Under the pieces are notes generated by a model. It made no database searches and was not told the origin of the DNA. It saw only the letters and a list, made by a program, of their open reading frames with translations. Source: Eledone cirrhosa (lineage: Eukaryota). Taken from it: 64,000 nucleotides of DNA. Where the stretch lies: the NCBI GenBank assembly GCA_964016885.1, contig OZ024740.1, positions 297,538,001 through 297,602,000 of the forward strand. The letters are read 5' to 3'. The translations under genes were made by a program, and so were the position numbers. This document shows positions 29,357-43,056 of this stretch, piece by piece; the first letter of the stretch is position 1; each line of letters begins with the position of its first letter.

Positions 29357-32300
29357 CTGTACTACCACCTATACCTTGACTACCACCTCTACCGCTCCCA
29401 GTACCAATACTACCAGTACTACCACCTGTACCTTGACTACTACCTCTGCCACCCCCAGTACCGGTACTACCTCCTCTACCACCTGTACCACCTCCAATAC
29501 TTTGACTACCACCAGTACCACCTCCAGAACCTTGACTACCATTTGTACCGCTGCCAGTCCCACTACTACTACTACCTGTACTACCACCAGTACCACCTCC
29601 AGTACCGGTACTACCACCTGTACTACCACCAGTACCACCTCCAGAACCTTGACTACCATTTGTACTGCTGCCAGTCCCACTACTACTACCTGTACTGCCA
29701 CCAGTACCACCTCCAGTACCGGTACTACCACCTGTACTACCACCAGTACCACCTCCAGAACCTTGACTACCATTTGTACCGCTGCCAGTCCCACTACTAC
29801 TACCTGTACTACCACCAGTACCACCTCCAGTACCGGTACTACCACCTGTACTACCACCAGTACCACCTCCAGAACCTTGACTACCATTTGTACCGCTGCT
29901 AGTCCCACTACTACCACCTGTACTACCACCAGTACCACCTCCAGTACCGGTACTACCACCAGCACTACCTCCAGTACCGGTACTACCTCCAGTACCGGTA
30001 CTACCTCCAGTTACGGTACTACCACCTGTACTACCACCAGTACCACCTCCAGAACCTTGACTACCATTTGTACCGCTGCCAGTCCCACTACTACCACCTG
30101 TACTACCACCAGTACCACGTCCAGTACCGGTACTACCACCTGTACTTCCCCAGTACCACCTCCAGTACTGGTACCACCACCTGTACTACCACCAATACCA
30201 CCTCCAGTACCGGTACTACCACCTGTACCGCTTCCAGAAACATGACTACCTCCTCCACCACCACCTATACCATGACTACCACTTGTACTACCACCTGTAC
30301 TACCACCTGTACCTTGACTACCACCAGTACCACCTCCAGTACCACCTCCAGTACCACTACGACCACCAGTGCCAGCTCCAGTACCGGCACTACCACCTGT
30401 ACTACCACCTCCAGTACCAGTACTACCACCTCCAGTACCTGTACTACCACCTGTACTACCACCGGTACCACCTCCAGTACCAGTACTACCACCTATACTA
30501 CCACCAGTATCAGTTCCACTTCCAGTACCACCTCCAGTACCGGTACTACCACCTGTACTACCACCAATACCACCTCCAGGACCATTACTACCACCTATAC
30601 TACCACCTGTACCAGTACTACCACCAGTACCACCTCCAGTACCGGTACTACCACCAGTACCACCTCCAGTGCCGGTACTACCACCAGTACCACCTCCAGT
30701 ACCACCTGCAGCACCGGTACTACCACCAGTACCACCTCGAGTACCACCTGCAGCACCGGTACTACCACCTGTACCACTTCCAGTACCACCTGCAGCACCG
30801 GTACTACCACCAGTACCACCTCCAGTACCACCTGCAGCACCGGTACTACCACCTGTACCACTTCCAGTACCACTACTACCACCAGTACCATCACCTGTTC
30901 CACCTCCAGTTCCGATGTTACCACCAGTACCACCATCTATACCTTGACTACCGCCTGTACCACCACCTGTACTACCTCCAGTACCACTACTACCACCAGT
31001 TCCACCTCCAGTACCACCTCCAGTACCACTACTACCACCTGTACCACCACCAGTACCACCTCCAGTACCACTACTACCGCCTGTACTGCCTCCAGTACCA
31101 GTATTACCACCAGTACCACCGCCTGTACCACCACCAGTACCACCTCCAGTAACCGAACTACCACCTGTACCTTGACTACCACCAGTACTACCTCCAGTAC
31201 CAGCACTAACACCTGTACCACTTCCAGTGTCGTGACTACCACCAGTACCACTTCTAGTACCAGTACTACCACCTGTACCACCACCAGTACCAGTACTACC
31301 ACCTGTACCTTGACTACCACCTGTACTACCTCCTGTACCTTGACTACTACCAGTACCAGCACTACCACCTGTACTACCACCTGTACCACTTCCAGTACCA
31401 CTACCTGTACCACTTCCAGTACCGGTACTACCACCTGTACCACCTCCAGTACCAGTACTACCACCTGTACCACCTCCAGTACCAGTACTACCACCTGTAC
31501 CACCTCCTGTACCTTGACTACCACCTGTCCTACCTCCTGTACCTTGACTACCACCAGTACCAGTACTACCACCTGTACCACCTCCAGTACCAGTACTACC
31601 ACCTGTGCCACCTCCAGTACTACCACCTGTACCACCGCCTGTACCTTGACTACCACCTGTGCTACCTCCTGTACCTTGACTACTATCAGTACCAGTACTA
31701 CCACCTGTGCCACCTCCAGTACTACCATCTGTACCACCTCCTGTACCTTGACTACCACCTGTACTACCTCCTGTACTTTGACTACTACCAGTACCAGTAC
31801 TACCACCTGTACTACCTCCTGTACCTTGACTACCACCAGTACCAGTACTACCACCTGTACTACCACCTGTACTTCCACCTGTACTAGCTCCAGTACCTTG
31901 ACTACCACCAGTACTACCACCTGTACCACCTCCAGTACCAGTACTACCACTTATACCACCTCCAGTACCAGTACTACCACCAGTACTACCTCCTGAACCT
32001 TGACTACCACCTCCTGTACCTGTACTATCACCTGTACTACCTCCTGTATCTTGACTACCACCTGTACTACCACCAGTACCACCACCTGTACTACCACCTG
32101 TACCTTGACTACCACTTGTACTACCACCAGTACCACCACCTGTACTACCACCTGTACCTTGACTACCGCCTGCACTACCTCTTGTACTACCACCTCTACT
32201 ACCACCTGTACCACCTCCTGCACCTTGACTACCACCTCCTGTACCTGTACTACCACCTGTACTACCTCCTGCACCTTGACTACCACCTGTACTACCACCT

Positions 32301-32892
32301 GTACCACCTCCTGCACCTTGACTACCACCTCTATCACCTCCTGTACTTGTACTACCACCTGTACTACCTCCTATACCTTGACTACCACCTGTACTTCCAC
32401 CGATTCTACCTCCTGTACCTTGACTACCACTTGTACTACCACCTGTACTACCTCCTGTACCTTGACTACCACCTGTACTACCACCTCTACTTCCACCTGT
32501 ATTACCTCCTATACTATCGCCTGTACCACTGCCAGTACCGCCTCCTGTACCACCTCCTGTACTTTGACTACCACCTGTACTACCTCCTGTACTACCACCT
32601 GCACCACCACCTCTACTACCACCTGCAACACCACCTGTACTACCACCTGTACTACCACCTGTACCACCACCTCTACTACCACCTGTATTACCACCTATAA
32701 CACCACCTGTATTACCACCTGTATTACCACCTGTAACACCACCTGTACTACCACCTGTATTACCACCTGTACTACCACCTATACCATCTCTAGTACCTTG
32801 ACCACCCCCTGCAGCCCCTCCTGCAATATGACCACCCGATACTCCGTTCCCTGTTGTGTTATCTATCTGATGCAATGCCGAGGCCAGTTCAT
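29357..32892 (-). CDS. Giant Gly/Ser/Thr low-complexity exon (~1,180 aa; GGST, GGGTG and GSQGTG repeats) with a 1-nt deletion near 30150
   Basis: Acceptor tttttcAG at 32893-32894 gives DELASALHQIDN in frame with ORF 30011..32875; the Gly frame resumes after a shift at ~30150; donor uncertain (CAG|gtatag at 29357 or near 29247). Confidence 0.85.
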
Positions 32893-33086
32893 CTGAAAAA
32901 CGTAAAAGGAAATTTAGACATCAATCTTAAGCAAGTTACTCCATGCCACTTTAATCAAAACATAACCAGATAGAGAGCATACATATGCTGGCATAAATGG
33001 AAACTGTAAGCTATGTAGAAAAGGAATGTTGTAATTAACACATAAATAGCGGTGTTGTATGTAGAATATGAAGGCGGGTGTCGAGG

Positions 33087-33770
33087 GTCGGTATAGCTGA
33101 GCTGGGCAGTGGGGTGAGCTCCTGATCACCTATAACATGGATCAAATACGTTGTTCATCACCACTGCCGGTCAAACTCCCACCCATGCGTGGTTCTGAAC
33201 GTCGGTATAGCTGAGCTGGGCAGTGGGGTGAGCTCCTGATCACCTATAACATGGATCAAATACGTTGTTCATCACCACTGCCGGTCAAACTCCCACCCAT
33301 GCGTGGTTCTGAACGTCGGTATAGCTGAGCTGGGCAGTGGGGTGAGCTCCTGATCACCTATAACATGGATCAAATACGTTGTTCATCACCACTGCCGGTC
33401 AAACTCCCACCCATGCGTGGTTCTGAACGTCGGTATAGCTGAGCTGGGCAGTGGAGTAAGCTCCTGCTCGCCTACAACATGGATCAAATACGTTGTTTAT
33501 CACTTCTGTCGCCAAAATTCCCTCATATGCATGGTTCCGAAGGTCGGTATAGCTGAGCTGGACAATGGGGTGAGAACTTGTTGGCCTACAACATGGCTCA
33601 AATACGTTGTTTATCATCTCTGCCGGTCAAAATCCCTCCCATGCGTGATCCGATTGTCGGTATACTTGAGCTGGGCAGTGGGATGAGAACCTGTTGGCGT
33701 ACAAAATGGCTCAAATAGCTTGTGTTTATCACCTCTGCCGGCCAAACTCCATCCTATGCGTCCCTGTCGC
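33087..33770. repeat. Intronic 114-bp tandem satellite, about 6 units
   Basis: Unit gtcggtatagctgagctgggcagtgg... starts at 33087, 33201, 33315, 33429, 33543, 33656. Confidence 0.9.
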
Positions 33771-34009
33771 TGAAATCGCTCCACCATATTGGGTTGGGTG
33801 TGAAAGCGAGAGCTCAGCACTATAACCAATGCAATGCTTGAAATACACTATCCTAAAGTGCATATACTTGCAGCTGGGCACCGCTTGTGAAACCAATCGC
33901 CCGATGAAACTCCATTAAAATGAACTTACACCGTAAATATTTTCGATGGAGCTGACTCAACCCACCTCGGGTGAACGCCGCTACATGTTCAAATAAATAG
34001 TAGTATTGG

Positions 34010-34300
34010 GAAGGCGCATAGCTTAGTGGTTAGGGTGCTTGGCCAAGGTTTGTAAGAGCTCGATTTCATTTCTAGCAGTGCATTTTGTCATTGAGCAAGA
34101 CATTTTATTATGTATTGTTCCAGTTCACTCAACTGGCAAAAATGAGTTGTAACTGTGATTCAAAGCTCCCGCCTTCTCACGCACTACCACGCAGAATCTT
34201 CCTGTGTATTACGTTGTTGGTACACGTGCCTGTAGAATGCTCAGCCACTTACACGTTAATCTCAACAGGAACACCCAACGTCGATACCAACGGAGGTCCA
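34010..34300 (+). mobile_element. Second tRNA-headed SINE family with a Nin/Deu-like central domain
   Basis: tagcttagtggttaggg...ttgagcaagacat...ccagttcactca; related copies at approx. 40980-41295 plus, 50805-51050 minus, 53480-53790 minus, 8225-8420 minus, 58610-58870 plus. Confidence 0.6.
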
Positions 34301-35219
34301 ACAGCTATCATATATTTTATGATATACTGTTAATCAGGAGCAACGTCTTCGCGCAAAAAAAGACGTAATTGTTGGGATTTTGTCTTTACAAAAGATATAA
34401 TCGCCATAACCGAAGGAAGACAATCTAAGCGAAAACTTCATTCGTTCCAAACCAACGAGGATTCATTTACGTGGTCATTTGACTTGCTGAAAATAGCTGC
34501 CAAATCTTCCGCTGGTTACACATTACATTAAATATGTGGATGAGGAGTAGGAAATAATTACTGAGTCAACCGACATTCGTTATTTGTATGTGTGTGTGTG
34601 TGTGTGTCTGTGTGTTTGTGTGTCTCTGTGTTCTGTGTCTGTGTCTATGCATGTGTGTGAGTGCGTGTGTCTGTGTTTGTATGTGGGGGGAGGGGGTGTA
34701 TGTGTCTGTGTGGTCTGTATTTTGTGGGGTGGGGTACTAAATAAGTGACATTCAGCGGTTTATTTGAAACTAGACCACCCGTAACACATTGGGTCACGGG
34801 TGGTCTAGTAATATATATATAGAGAGAGTGAGAGGGTTATAATATAAAGAAACGGTGAGAATTATAATATATATATATAGAGAGGGTTATAACATATAGA
34901 AAGAGAAAGGTTTATAATATATATATAGAGAGGGTTATAATATATAGAAAGAGAGGGGTTATAATATATAGAGAGAGAAGGTTATTGGTTATCACGGAGC
35001 TGTTGGATATTTATGAAGGTACCCGGAAAAAAAACCCTATATCTCGGGAACCCGCGCTCCGATTTACGCGAAACTTGTTTTATTCCATTTGTATTCCCAT
35101 TTCAGGAGCAACTTCGTTTCAAAGTATTTTCCCATTGTGCGCCGTTTTGGCTGTATTAAATTACAGACAAGCACACAATCACAGAGTTTTAGTAGTATAT
35201 AGATAGATAATGTACTCAC

Positions 35220-35399
35220 CATAAATGCATTTAGTTGATTCACCATCCCAAACGGTGTGTAAAGGACACTCCATGAAGAATAACCAACCGGAAAGACATT
35301 GATAAAATTCAATTGCGGATTTCATTTTGGGATAAAATGTCCCTGGAGCACAACGACGACACCGGGGTTGGTTCACTCCAAAGATACAGAAACTGGTTT
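35220..35399 (-). CDS. Chitin-binding module 3
   Basis: TSFCIFGVNQPRCRRCAPGTFYPKMKSAIEFYQCLSGWLFFMECPLHTVWDGESTKCIY; cctgtttcAG and G|gtgagt; 180 bp, phase 1-1. Confidence 0.9.
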
Positions 35400-35479
35400 C
35401 TGAAACAGGAGAAAAGAGTACATAATGATTACAGCTGTAGGAGAATGAATGTATGTATGACTAGACACGAACAAAGTAT

Positions 35480-36160
35480 ATCAGTAGACCTCATGTAGAT
35501 TATGATCTGAAAAGGTGTAAGGAATGTAGCAAAGAACGTGCTAGCATGGGAGGTCTTAATACACATGAAAACACACAGCCAGAGCAAAGGAATGGAAAGT
35601 ACCAGAAGAGACTACAGTTGCCATGTATGTGCTAGAGGGTGCAAGTCTTTGGCTGGTTTAAAGAGCCACATTCGTGCCTCACATTTTTTAGCATTTTATC
35701 GGGCGATGGCAATGCTCAAACACGAGTTTGCAATCATCATTTATGTTTGTATGTATGCATCTATGTATGTATGTAGTATAGAAATACGTAAGTATGCATG
35801 TACTAATGCATGCATCTATGTATGTATGTATGTAAGTATGTATTCATGCGTGCATTTATGTATGTATGAATTGAATTGAAGTGCGCTGAGTGTGGAAAAA
35901 TTTGCTTGAGCAAATCTGGTTTCAGGGGCCACGGTCGCATCCATGTTCAAAGAGAACCAGTGAACTATGATCTCCATGGTATTGTGAAGGTTCACAGGCA
36001 ACCTGATGCAAGACCTAAGACCAGAGAGATCCATAGTTGTCGTCAATTTGAGAAGGAGTGCAAGTCCCTAGCAGGATTGAAAAGCCATATCCAAGCGTCA
36101 CAAATCTGAATCTGACAAGCGATTGTAATACTCTTAGCAAAGTTTGCAGCCATCATGCAT
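35480..36160 (+). mobile_element. Two RTE-type LINE 3' ends with C2H2 zinc-finger remnants and (TATG)n tails
   Basis: CHVCARGCKSLAGLKSHIRA and CAECGKICLSKSGFRGHGRIH; tail ttgcagccatcat(gtat)n. Confidence 0.6.
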
Positions 36161-36708
36161 CTATGTATTATGTACGTACGTATGTATGGATGGATGATTC
36201 AATGCATGTATGTGTGTACGTACGTATGTATGATTCAATGTATGTATGTATGTATGCATCTATGTATGTATTTATTTCGAGCTTTTTTTGACCGGCCAGT
36301 AAGTGGTAACAGTGTTTTATGTTATGTGACGGACCGTCTACAAATGGATTAAAAATATCAGAAATGCTTCTATAAATGCTCTACATCAAGATGGCGCCGC
36401 ATATCTGAGCACGTCCTGTACATTGAAGGCGTCCTTGACTTGGTTTTGTTGAACAGGCGAGTGGTTATTGATGGAGTGGCAACAAATAGGCTAATAAAAT
36501 ATGGTTCTGCCTATGAAATCATCTGCAACAGATTAGCTTCAATAAGAGAGTGTAAGACTGAAAGGGAGATAAGAGCACAAATTTATGTATGTTATTCTGG
36601 TTTCATTATTTTATAAATTTTTACCAATAGAGAGAGAGACGGTTTCTAACATAGACACAAGACTCTTGCATTGGAATTTAGATATCAACTACGTAAATAT
36701 ATGTCTAC

Positions 36709-36812
<104 letters not shown>

Positions 36813-37008
36813 CTATGGATGTTATTGTATGGATGGATGTTATTGTATGGATGGATCTGTATGTTTTGAGTTATATGTGTACACATGCATATGTTTTGTA
36901 TCCATACATGTGTATATGCATTTATCCTATGCAGAAATTTTGGAATGTTTTAATTATATTTATAGTTACAAGTACAATCCATTATTATAAAGAGAAAGAA
37001 ATACTTAC

Positions 37009-37155
37009 TTCCAGGGTCTATTGGTTCCCTTAAAGATGGATTCAATGGTGAAAGCGAGTCTTGAATGCCTGATAAGTTGGAAAGGTCTGGAACATGCTCT
37101 GGAAGGTTGGAAATATCTGGAATTCCTTCTGCTGTATTCCAAATACCAGGTACAC
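37009..37155 (-). CDS. Pro-rich linker exon GVPGIWNTAEGIPDISNLPEHVPDLSNLSGIQDSLSPLNPSLREPIDPG
   Basis: atgtttAG and A|gtaagt; 147 bp, phase 1-1; internal PD(I/L)SNL repeat. Confidence 0.85.
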
Positions 37156-37350
37156 CTAAACATTGATGACGATTATGAGTAAGAATGAGAAATAGGACAA
37201 ACCAACAGCTACTACTACTACTACTACTACTATTAATAATAATTGTTTCTACTTTTGGCACAAGGCCAGCAATTACCCAGTGTATTACTGGTACTTTATT
37301 TTATCGACCCCCGTAAGGATGAAAGGCAAAGTTAACCTCGGCGGACTACT

Positions 37351-37383
<33 letters not shown>

Positions 37384-37484
37384 TGTTTCTACTTTTTGGC
37401 ACAAGGCCAGCATTATTGGTACTTTATTAGTAATGTACTGCTGGCCTTGTGCCAAAAAGTAGAAACAATTATTATTATTATTAA

Positions 37485-37541
<57 letters not shown>

Positions 37542-38051
37542 CTGTTGGTAATAATAATAATAACAATAATGATAATAATAATAATAATAATAATAACTAT
37601 CTCAAAAAGTTTCCAGGGATAGTTAAAGAAAATTGGCCCCTTCACGCTTTTTGGAACGCTTCAAAAGGCATGCTTGCTGGGAACAGCAAGAACCCTCCGA
37701 TACGTCCTGAATATCTGAGGCTGCTTGATATTCATTTCAACAAACTTTCCAGTTAACTAACATCAATGACTGAGACTCAAAGAGTAACAACAATAATAAT
37801 AATGATTTTTTATATAGGCACAAGGCCAGCAATTATGGGGGCACGGAAAACCGATTAAATAGACCCCAGTGTGTGACTGGTACTATATTTTATCGACCTC
37901 GATGAAAGGCAAAGTTAATCTCAGCGGGATTTGAACTCAGACCGTAAAGGGACGTAACTCTATTCTGGAAAGCATGATGTGTTACTACTACTACTACTAA
38001 TAATAATACTATTATCACTTATAATAATAATACTAATACTATTACAACTTA

Positions 38052-38114
<63 letters not shown>

Positions 38115-38599
38115 CAACAGCAGCAGGTCCCAAAAGAAGATGAAAGTGAATAAAAAGAGATAAAAAGGAGGAGAATGAGGTGGAATTGTCTTTTAATACG
38201 TACTGCCAGCTATACATTCCTTTAATAGTCCGGCCCACACAGTCCCTATTGGACAAGACCTTACAAATAACCATCCATGTACACATTGGTAGAACTGTCG
38301 TACTGAGCCAGGTTTGCTGTAATATGTGTCTTGCAGACATGGTAAACAATTTGCGTCATCGTTGCCATAGAGACAGAGAGAGGATTCTGTAGAATTAGAA
38401 AAAGAATCTCGAAGCAGATTTATGCATATAGTGTTTTAATCTCTCTGAATATAAAATTGCATTAATGAGACGAGAGATAGTATGAATATGACCTAACCGC
38501 ATTCCACATGGCTTATAGCTACTAAAACTATTTTGTTATGGATCCAACTCCATTATTGATCTGCTCTTCAGACTAGTGATTCAACAAAAAATTGAATCG

Positions 38600-38690
38600 A
38601 TAGTCTGAAGAGCAGGTCTATAATACAGTCGGGTCCATAACTTCAATGAGTAACCCTGAGCCAATCCACTGCGAAACGCGCGTAACAGGT
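38600..38690 (+). ncRNA. Type I hammerhead
   Basis: gt-CTGAAGA-gca...tgc-GAAAC-gcgc-GTA-ac; short inverted copy of the 5' half at 38558-38580. Confidence 0.6.
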
Positions 38691-38738
38691 CGGTACACAA
38701 TAAAAAAAAAACTAACTACATGTAAAAAAACGTCATCG

Positions 38739-38786
<48 letters not shown>

Positions 38787-39810
38787 ATGGCTGCCCACAC
38801 GTTATCGAGTATGCCCATTGCACGATATACCATAATTAATAATTATTAATTAATTCTATCGTGCAATGCCTGTGCATGAAGATATTTTTTAAAGTGAGGA
38901 AAGACTGTGCACTGAGCCAATCACACTCTCTGAGCGACAGTAGCTATAACCCCAAAAGAAGAAAAGATCAACATCATCGGTAACTACTGAGCCGCAGGTT
39001 TTATGTCGGAGTTATCCCAGTTTCCTGAGTTGCTTTCTCCTAGAAGAATGCCCTGACAAAGGCTAGGGGTCCTTCACTCCCAGTGGTTTAACCGCGCGAT
39101 CGGGTGTCCAGCCAGACTATTTCTATGACCCCGCGCATATACACACACATGCACCCATGTATATACACATATACATACATATGTACATGTGTATATACAT
39201 ATTTACACACTTTTGGATGGCCGTTGACTCTTATGAGTTCTTCCGCCCTTTATATGTATATATACACATACATTAAGAAAAACGATGTTTGTAGAATATA
39301 CATATTCCACAAATACACACAAACACCCGAGCGCGCAGACACGCACATATATATGTGATTGCAAATATTCCTGCTTACATTAATATTAAGTCCCTTCCGT
39401 TAAAAGTATTGATTAAGTATTTCCTAATTCTTTTGTTCTTTAACATTATCTGAGGCAAGCAAACTCTTGTCGGATATCTAAAATTTAAAATGTTGCTACG
39501 GGTAGCTTAAAGGGTTATTGAGATCTACGGAACAGCAGAAACTTTGTAGCATGTATAATAATATTCATATCTCTACTATCTGTAATAATTTCTTTATTGG
39601 CCACTGTGGCCGTCTGTCATCTACAATGCTATACACTCATTCATATAACATTGACCTGAAGAGGAGATAGATGTGTAAAAACTAAGAATGTCGAACTAGT
39701 TTCATTTATATTTACTATCGCCTCTAATATTACCGAAATAGTTAACTAAAAGTTAACATATAACGTGAGTGATCTACAAGTGAATAAAGAAGAAAATAAG
39801 TGATGCTTAC

Positions 39811-39990
39811 CACCGTAAACACATGCTGATAATGTGGTATTCCATATTGTTCCTGAGGGACAGTACATGAGGTAAAGCCAACCATTTTTGCAATGATAGA
39901 AATGAGTGAGTGATGCTGACTTAGCGTGATAGCTGTTATTTTCACAAGCTTTACATTGGGGGTTATAGACTCCAAAGATACACATCGTCT
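39811..39990 (-). CDS. Chitin-binding module 2
   Basis: ETMCIFGVYNPQCKACENNSYHAKSASLTHFYHCKNGWLYLMYCPSGTIWNTTLSACVYG; ttttcAG and gtaagc; 180 bp, phase 1-1. Confidence 0.9.
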
Positions 39991-41299
39991 CTGAAAACGT
40001 AAAGTTCATTGTTAGTGAACAATATATTCAATTTATAATTTACTATGGACATAGCATAATCGAATGGTTAAGAGGTTTGCTTCACAAGGACTCGGGTTCG
40101 ATCCTATTACGTGGCTTCTTGGGCAAGTGTCATTTACCATAGCTTTGACTGGACACATGACTTGTGAGTGTAATTGATGAGACAGAAATTGTTTGGAAGC
40201 CTATCAGATGTACTATACATGTAATTCAAAGAACAGACTTTGTCACACAGTGTGTCACATTGAATCTCCCTGAGAATTACGTTAAGAGTACATGAGTCTG
40301 TGGAATTCTCAGCCATTAATACATTAATTTCATGAGCAGGCTGTTCCGCTGATGAACCAACTGGAACACTCATCATAGAAACCGATGGAGAACAATCCTT
40401 CTCCCTTATTGGATATGAACCTCAATATGATGACATAAGTTACTGTGTCATAATAATTGAACTTACGATATGATTTCTGATATGATATTGCTGGAAGTAC
40501 AATAAAGATGTATGACTTCAGTCCTGGTCAAAAAATTATAGTGTTTCAAAAAGTTTGATATCATTTGAAATGTAAATATCCCAGAAACTACAAAATCTAG
40601 GACAACGAGATGAGGCAGGCTTAATGTTGAGCAACATAAGAATTATTGTTCAAAATTTGTCAACATTATATCACTAATTCACGATATATATTTTAATATG
40701 ACAACCTTGGGAATAGGCTATGATATCAATTTTTGTGGTGTGCCACATGGCCTCAGCCTTTCGGTTGGAAAACGTGATAGAATAATATATTTATAGAGAA
40801 ATAATGAAAAGGTGTAATCGGTAAATGATGGGAGACAATAATTGTTGAACTAAAGTTATAAATAATGCATTGAATATATAGTTAATATCCATTCTTCTCC
40901 GAAATATAGAGATTTAATGTTGTATACTTTGTTAGTTACAGTTACTGACCACGATCGTCATACTGCCTCATACTGAAATGTGTGTGGTTTAGTGGTTATG
41001 ACATTCGGCTCACGATCTTAAGGTCGCGAGTTCGATTTCTGGTGATGTGTTGTGTGTTTGAGCAAAACACTTCATTTCACGATGCTCCAGTTCACTCAGC
41101 TAGTAAAAATGACTTGTACCTCTACCTCAAAGAGTCGTCTCTGTCACGCACGCATTATGTCATGCTGTGCTGGATCTCTATGTGAATAGTATTAAGGGTG
41201 CACGTGTCTGTGGAATTCTCAGTCATCTGCTCATTAATTTCACGAGCAGGTTGTTGCGTTGATCAAACAATTGGAACACTTGTTATCGGAAGCGAAGAG

Positions 41300-41363
<64 letters not shown>

Positions 41364-41942
41364 TGGTGTCATATACTGCAGGACATGGTTCATTGATTGC
41401 TGTCATCATGAAACTGTATAGTATGATATAATTATTGAACATATAGCTCCTGGATTGATGTGACCCTAATCTAGATGGACACCCTTTCAACTCTCCATCC
41501 AATTTTACAGCGGAAAATCCAGGATGTGAAAGCTGAAGAGAGAGGTCTGGTACTTCCTCTATCGACCCCGAAAAGATGAAAGACAAAGTGAACCTCAGTG
41601 GAATTTGAACCCAGAACGCAGATATCAAGAACAAATGTCCAGGATCCTAACAGTGCTGCCAAATCGACTGCCTTAAAAAAACAATGGCAGAATGAAAATA
41701 AGGATACCTTATATAGGTACAGGGCCAAAAGTTTGTGGGGGGAAAAATTGATTATACTGTATATACCCCAGTACTTAACTGGAACCTTATTTTATCTACA
41801 CAAGAAGAATGAAATGCGAAGCTGGCCTCTGCAGAATTTGGAACCCAGAATGTAGAGAGTCGTAACGAAATACTACAATGCATTTCACCCGACGCACTAA
41901 AGATTCTACTTTGGTAGAATGAAAATAAGATGCAGTCGTTAC

Positions 41943-42026
41943 CAGAAGTAGTCTGAACTTGTTGGTTAGGTTGGATATCCAAACTGTCCCTCCGAATATT
42001 CTTCTTGTTCTTCCATTTCGAGAGAA
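41943..42026 (-). CDS. Linker exon FLSKWKNKKNIRRDSLDIQPNQQVQTTS
   Basis: attttcAG and G|gtaacg; 84 bp, phase 1-1; needed because joining modules 1 and 2 directly makes TAG. Confidence 0.8.
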
Positions 42027-42225
42027 CTGAAAATATAATAGGGTTTTATATGCTTAAGTTATTCAATCATTTTATAGTCAAAGATGCGTTATGGCAGCTT
42101 GGAATAAGCTAACATACATTCAAGATTCAAACTTGCTCAATGTTTCGTAAAACGATTGTTTTTTTATGCATATATATTTAATAACTTTCTCCATCGTATG
42201 TCTGCTGTAATATGAGAAGAAGAAG

Positions 42226-42256
<31 letters not shown>

Positions 42257-42280
42257 GAAGGATTTAAGTGAGTAACTTAC

Positions 42281-42463
42281 AATCAAAGATGCATGTGCTT
42301 GTCTCTTGGTACCAGAGGGTGCCTGCTGGACAATATCTTTGCAGTAACACACCGTATATACATTTGTAATAAGTGGTTTGGTCGGTCGGATGTGAGTAAT
42401 ATCCACCAGAGACACACGGTTGACAGTTCATCAATAAATTTTCTTTAGAACACAGCATAGACA
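42281..42463 (-). CDS. Chitin-binding module 1 (CBM14/peritrophin-A-like)
   Basis: LCSKENLLMNCQPCVSGGYYSHPTDQTTYYKCIYGVLLQRYCPAGTLWYQETSTCIFD; ttttccAG and gtaagt; 183 bp, phase 1-1. Confidence 0.9.
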
Positions 42464-42476
42464 CTGGAAAATAACA

Positions 42477-42620
42477 AATTTCTTCACTTTGACATTCAGA
42501 GCACTGGGCAGAAATAATATCGCGTCTATGCGGCTTGGCCGGCTACGCGATGCTGTTTTAATTAGGCAGTCGGATTTCCCCGGTGCGTACCAGTTCCGAG
42601 TCGAACGTTCGCCGCCGGCA
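42477..42620 (-). rRNA. 28S rRNA fragment (pseudogenic)
   Basis: Minus strand reads ...aatccgactgcctaattaaaacagcatcgcg...atttctgcccagtgctctgaatgtcaaagtgaagaaatt, the conserved LSU segment just upstream of the R2 site. Confidence 0.85.
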
Positions 42621-43020
42621 AACGGACGGAGGAAAATACCGATGCGCCAACTCCTATATCTAGATCTCTCCGACATTTATTCAAGATTACTGAACTATTT
42701 CAGGAGCTACAAAAACATATTTCGGCAGCCGTCACTCGCAATCGAGTATGACTTGGTAGCATGTACTTTGCTTTTGCTAATTTTTTTTTTAGGAGCCCAG
42801 ACAGTCATGAACAAAGACAGACTCCCTGTTGATCCTCCATCCAGTGGAATATCCACGATATGATAGATGGAAGGTGAGAGGGCTGTACGATGAGCTGATT
42901 TTTTCTTTATCGATCCCAAAATGATGATAGGAAAAATGGCCCACGGCGGGAGTTGAACTCACAACGCCGAGACCAGGAACAAATAACCAATACTGTAACA
43001 ACATAATAACCGTAACTTAC

Positions 43021-43056
43021 CATTCACTCTTGACTTGAACATTTCATGGAGGGAAA
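43021..43056 (-). CDS. 36-bp exon (L)SLHEMFKSRVN, phase 1-1
   Basis: Acceptor cactctattgtAG, donor G|gtaagt; in frame with the first chitin-binding exon. Confidence 0.7.

Noticed and set aside
29297-32896. Long Thr-, Tyr/His-, Pro- and Val-rich ORFs overlapping the Gly exon
   Set aside because: They are shadow frames of the repeat; only the Gly frame has a phase-correct acceptor that links to neighbouring exons.
33087-33770. Possible CRISPR array or coding repeat
   Set aside because: There are no unique spacers, the context is eukaryotic, and the identical units have stops in all frames.
34770-34810. Helitron-like end (hairpin plus CTAG; similar motif at 27326-27360)
   Set aside because: It is too short to support, and no matching other end was identified.
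35538-36109. Host C2H2 zinc-finger gene
   Set aside because: It is fragmented, lacks TGEKP linkers, and is followed by LINE-type tails.
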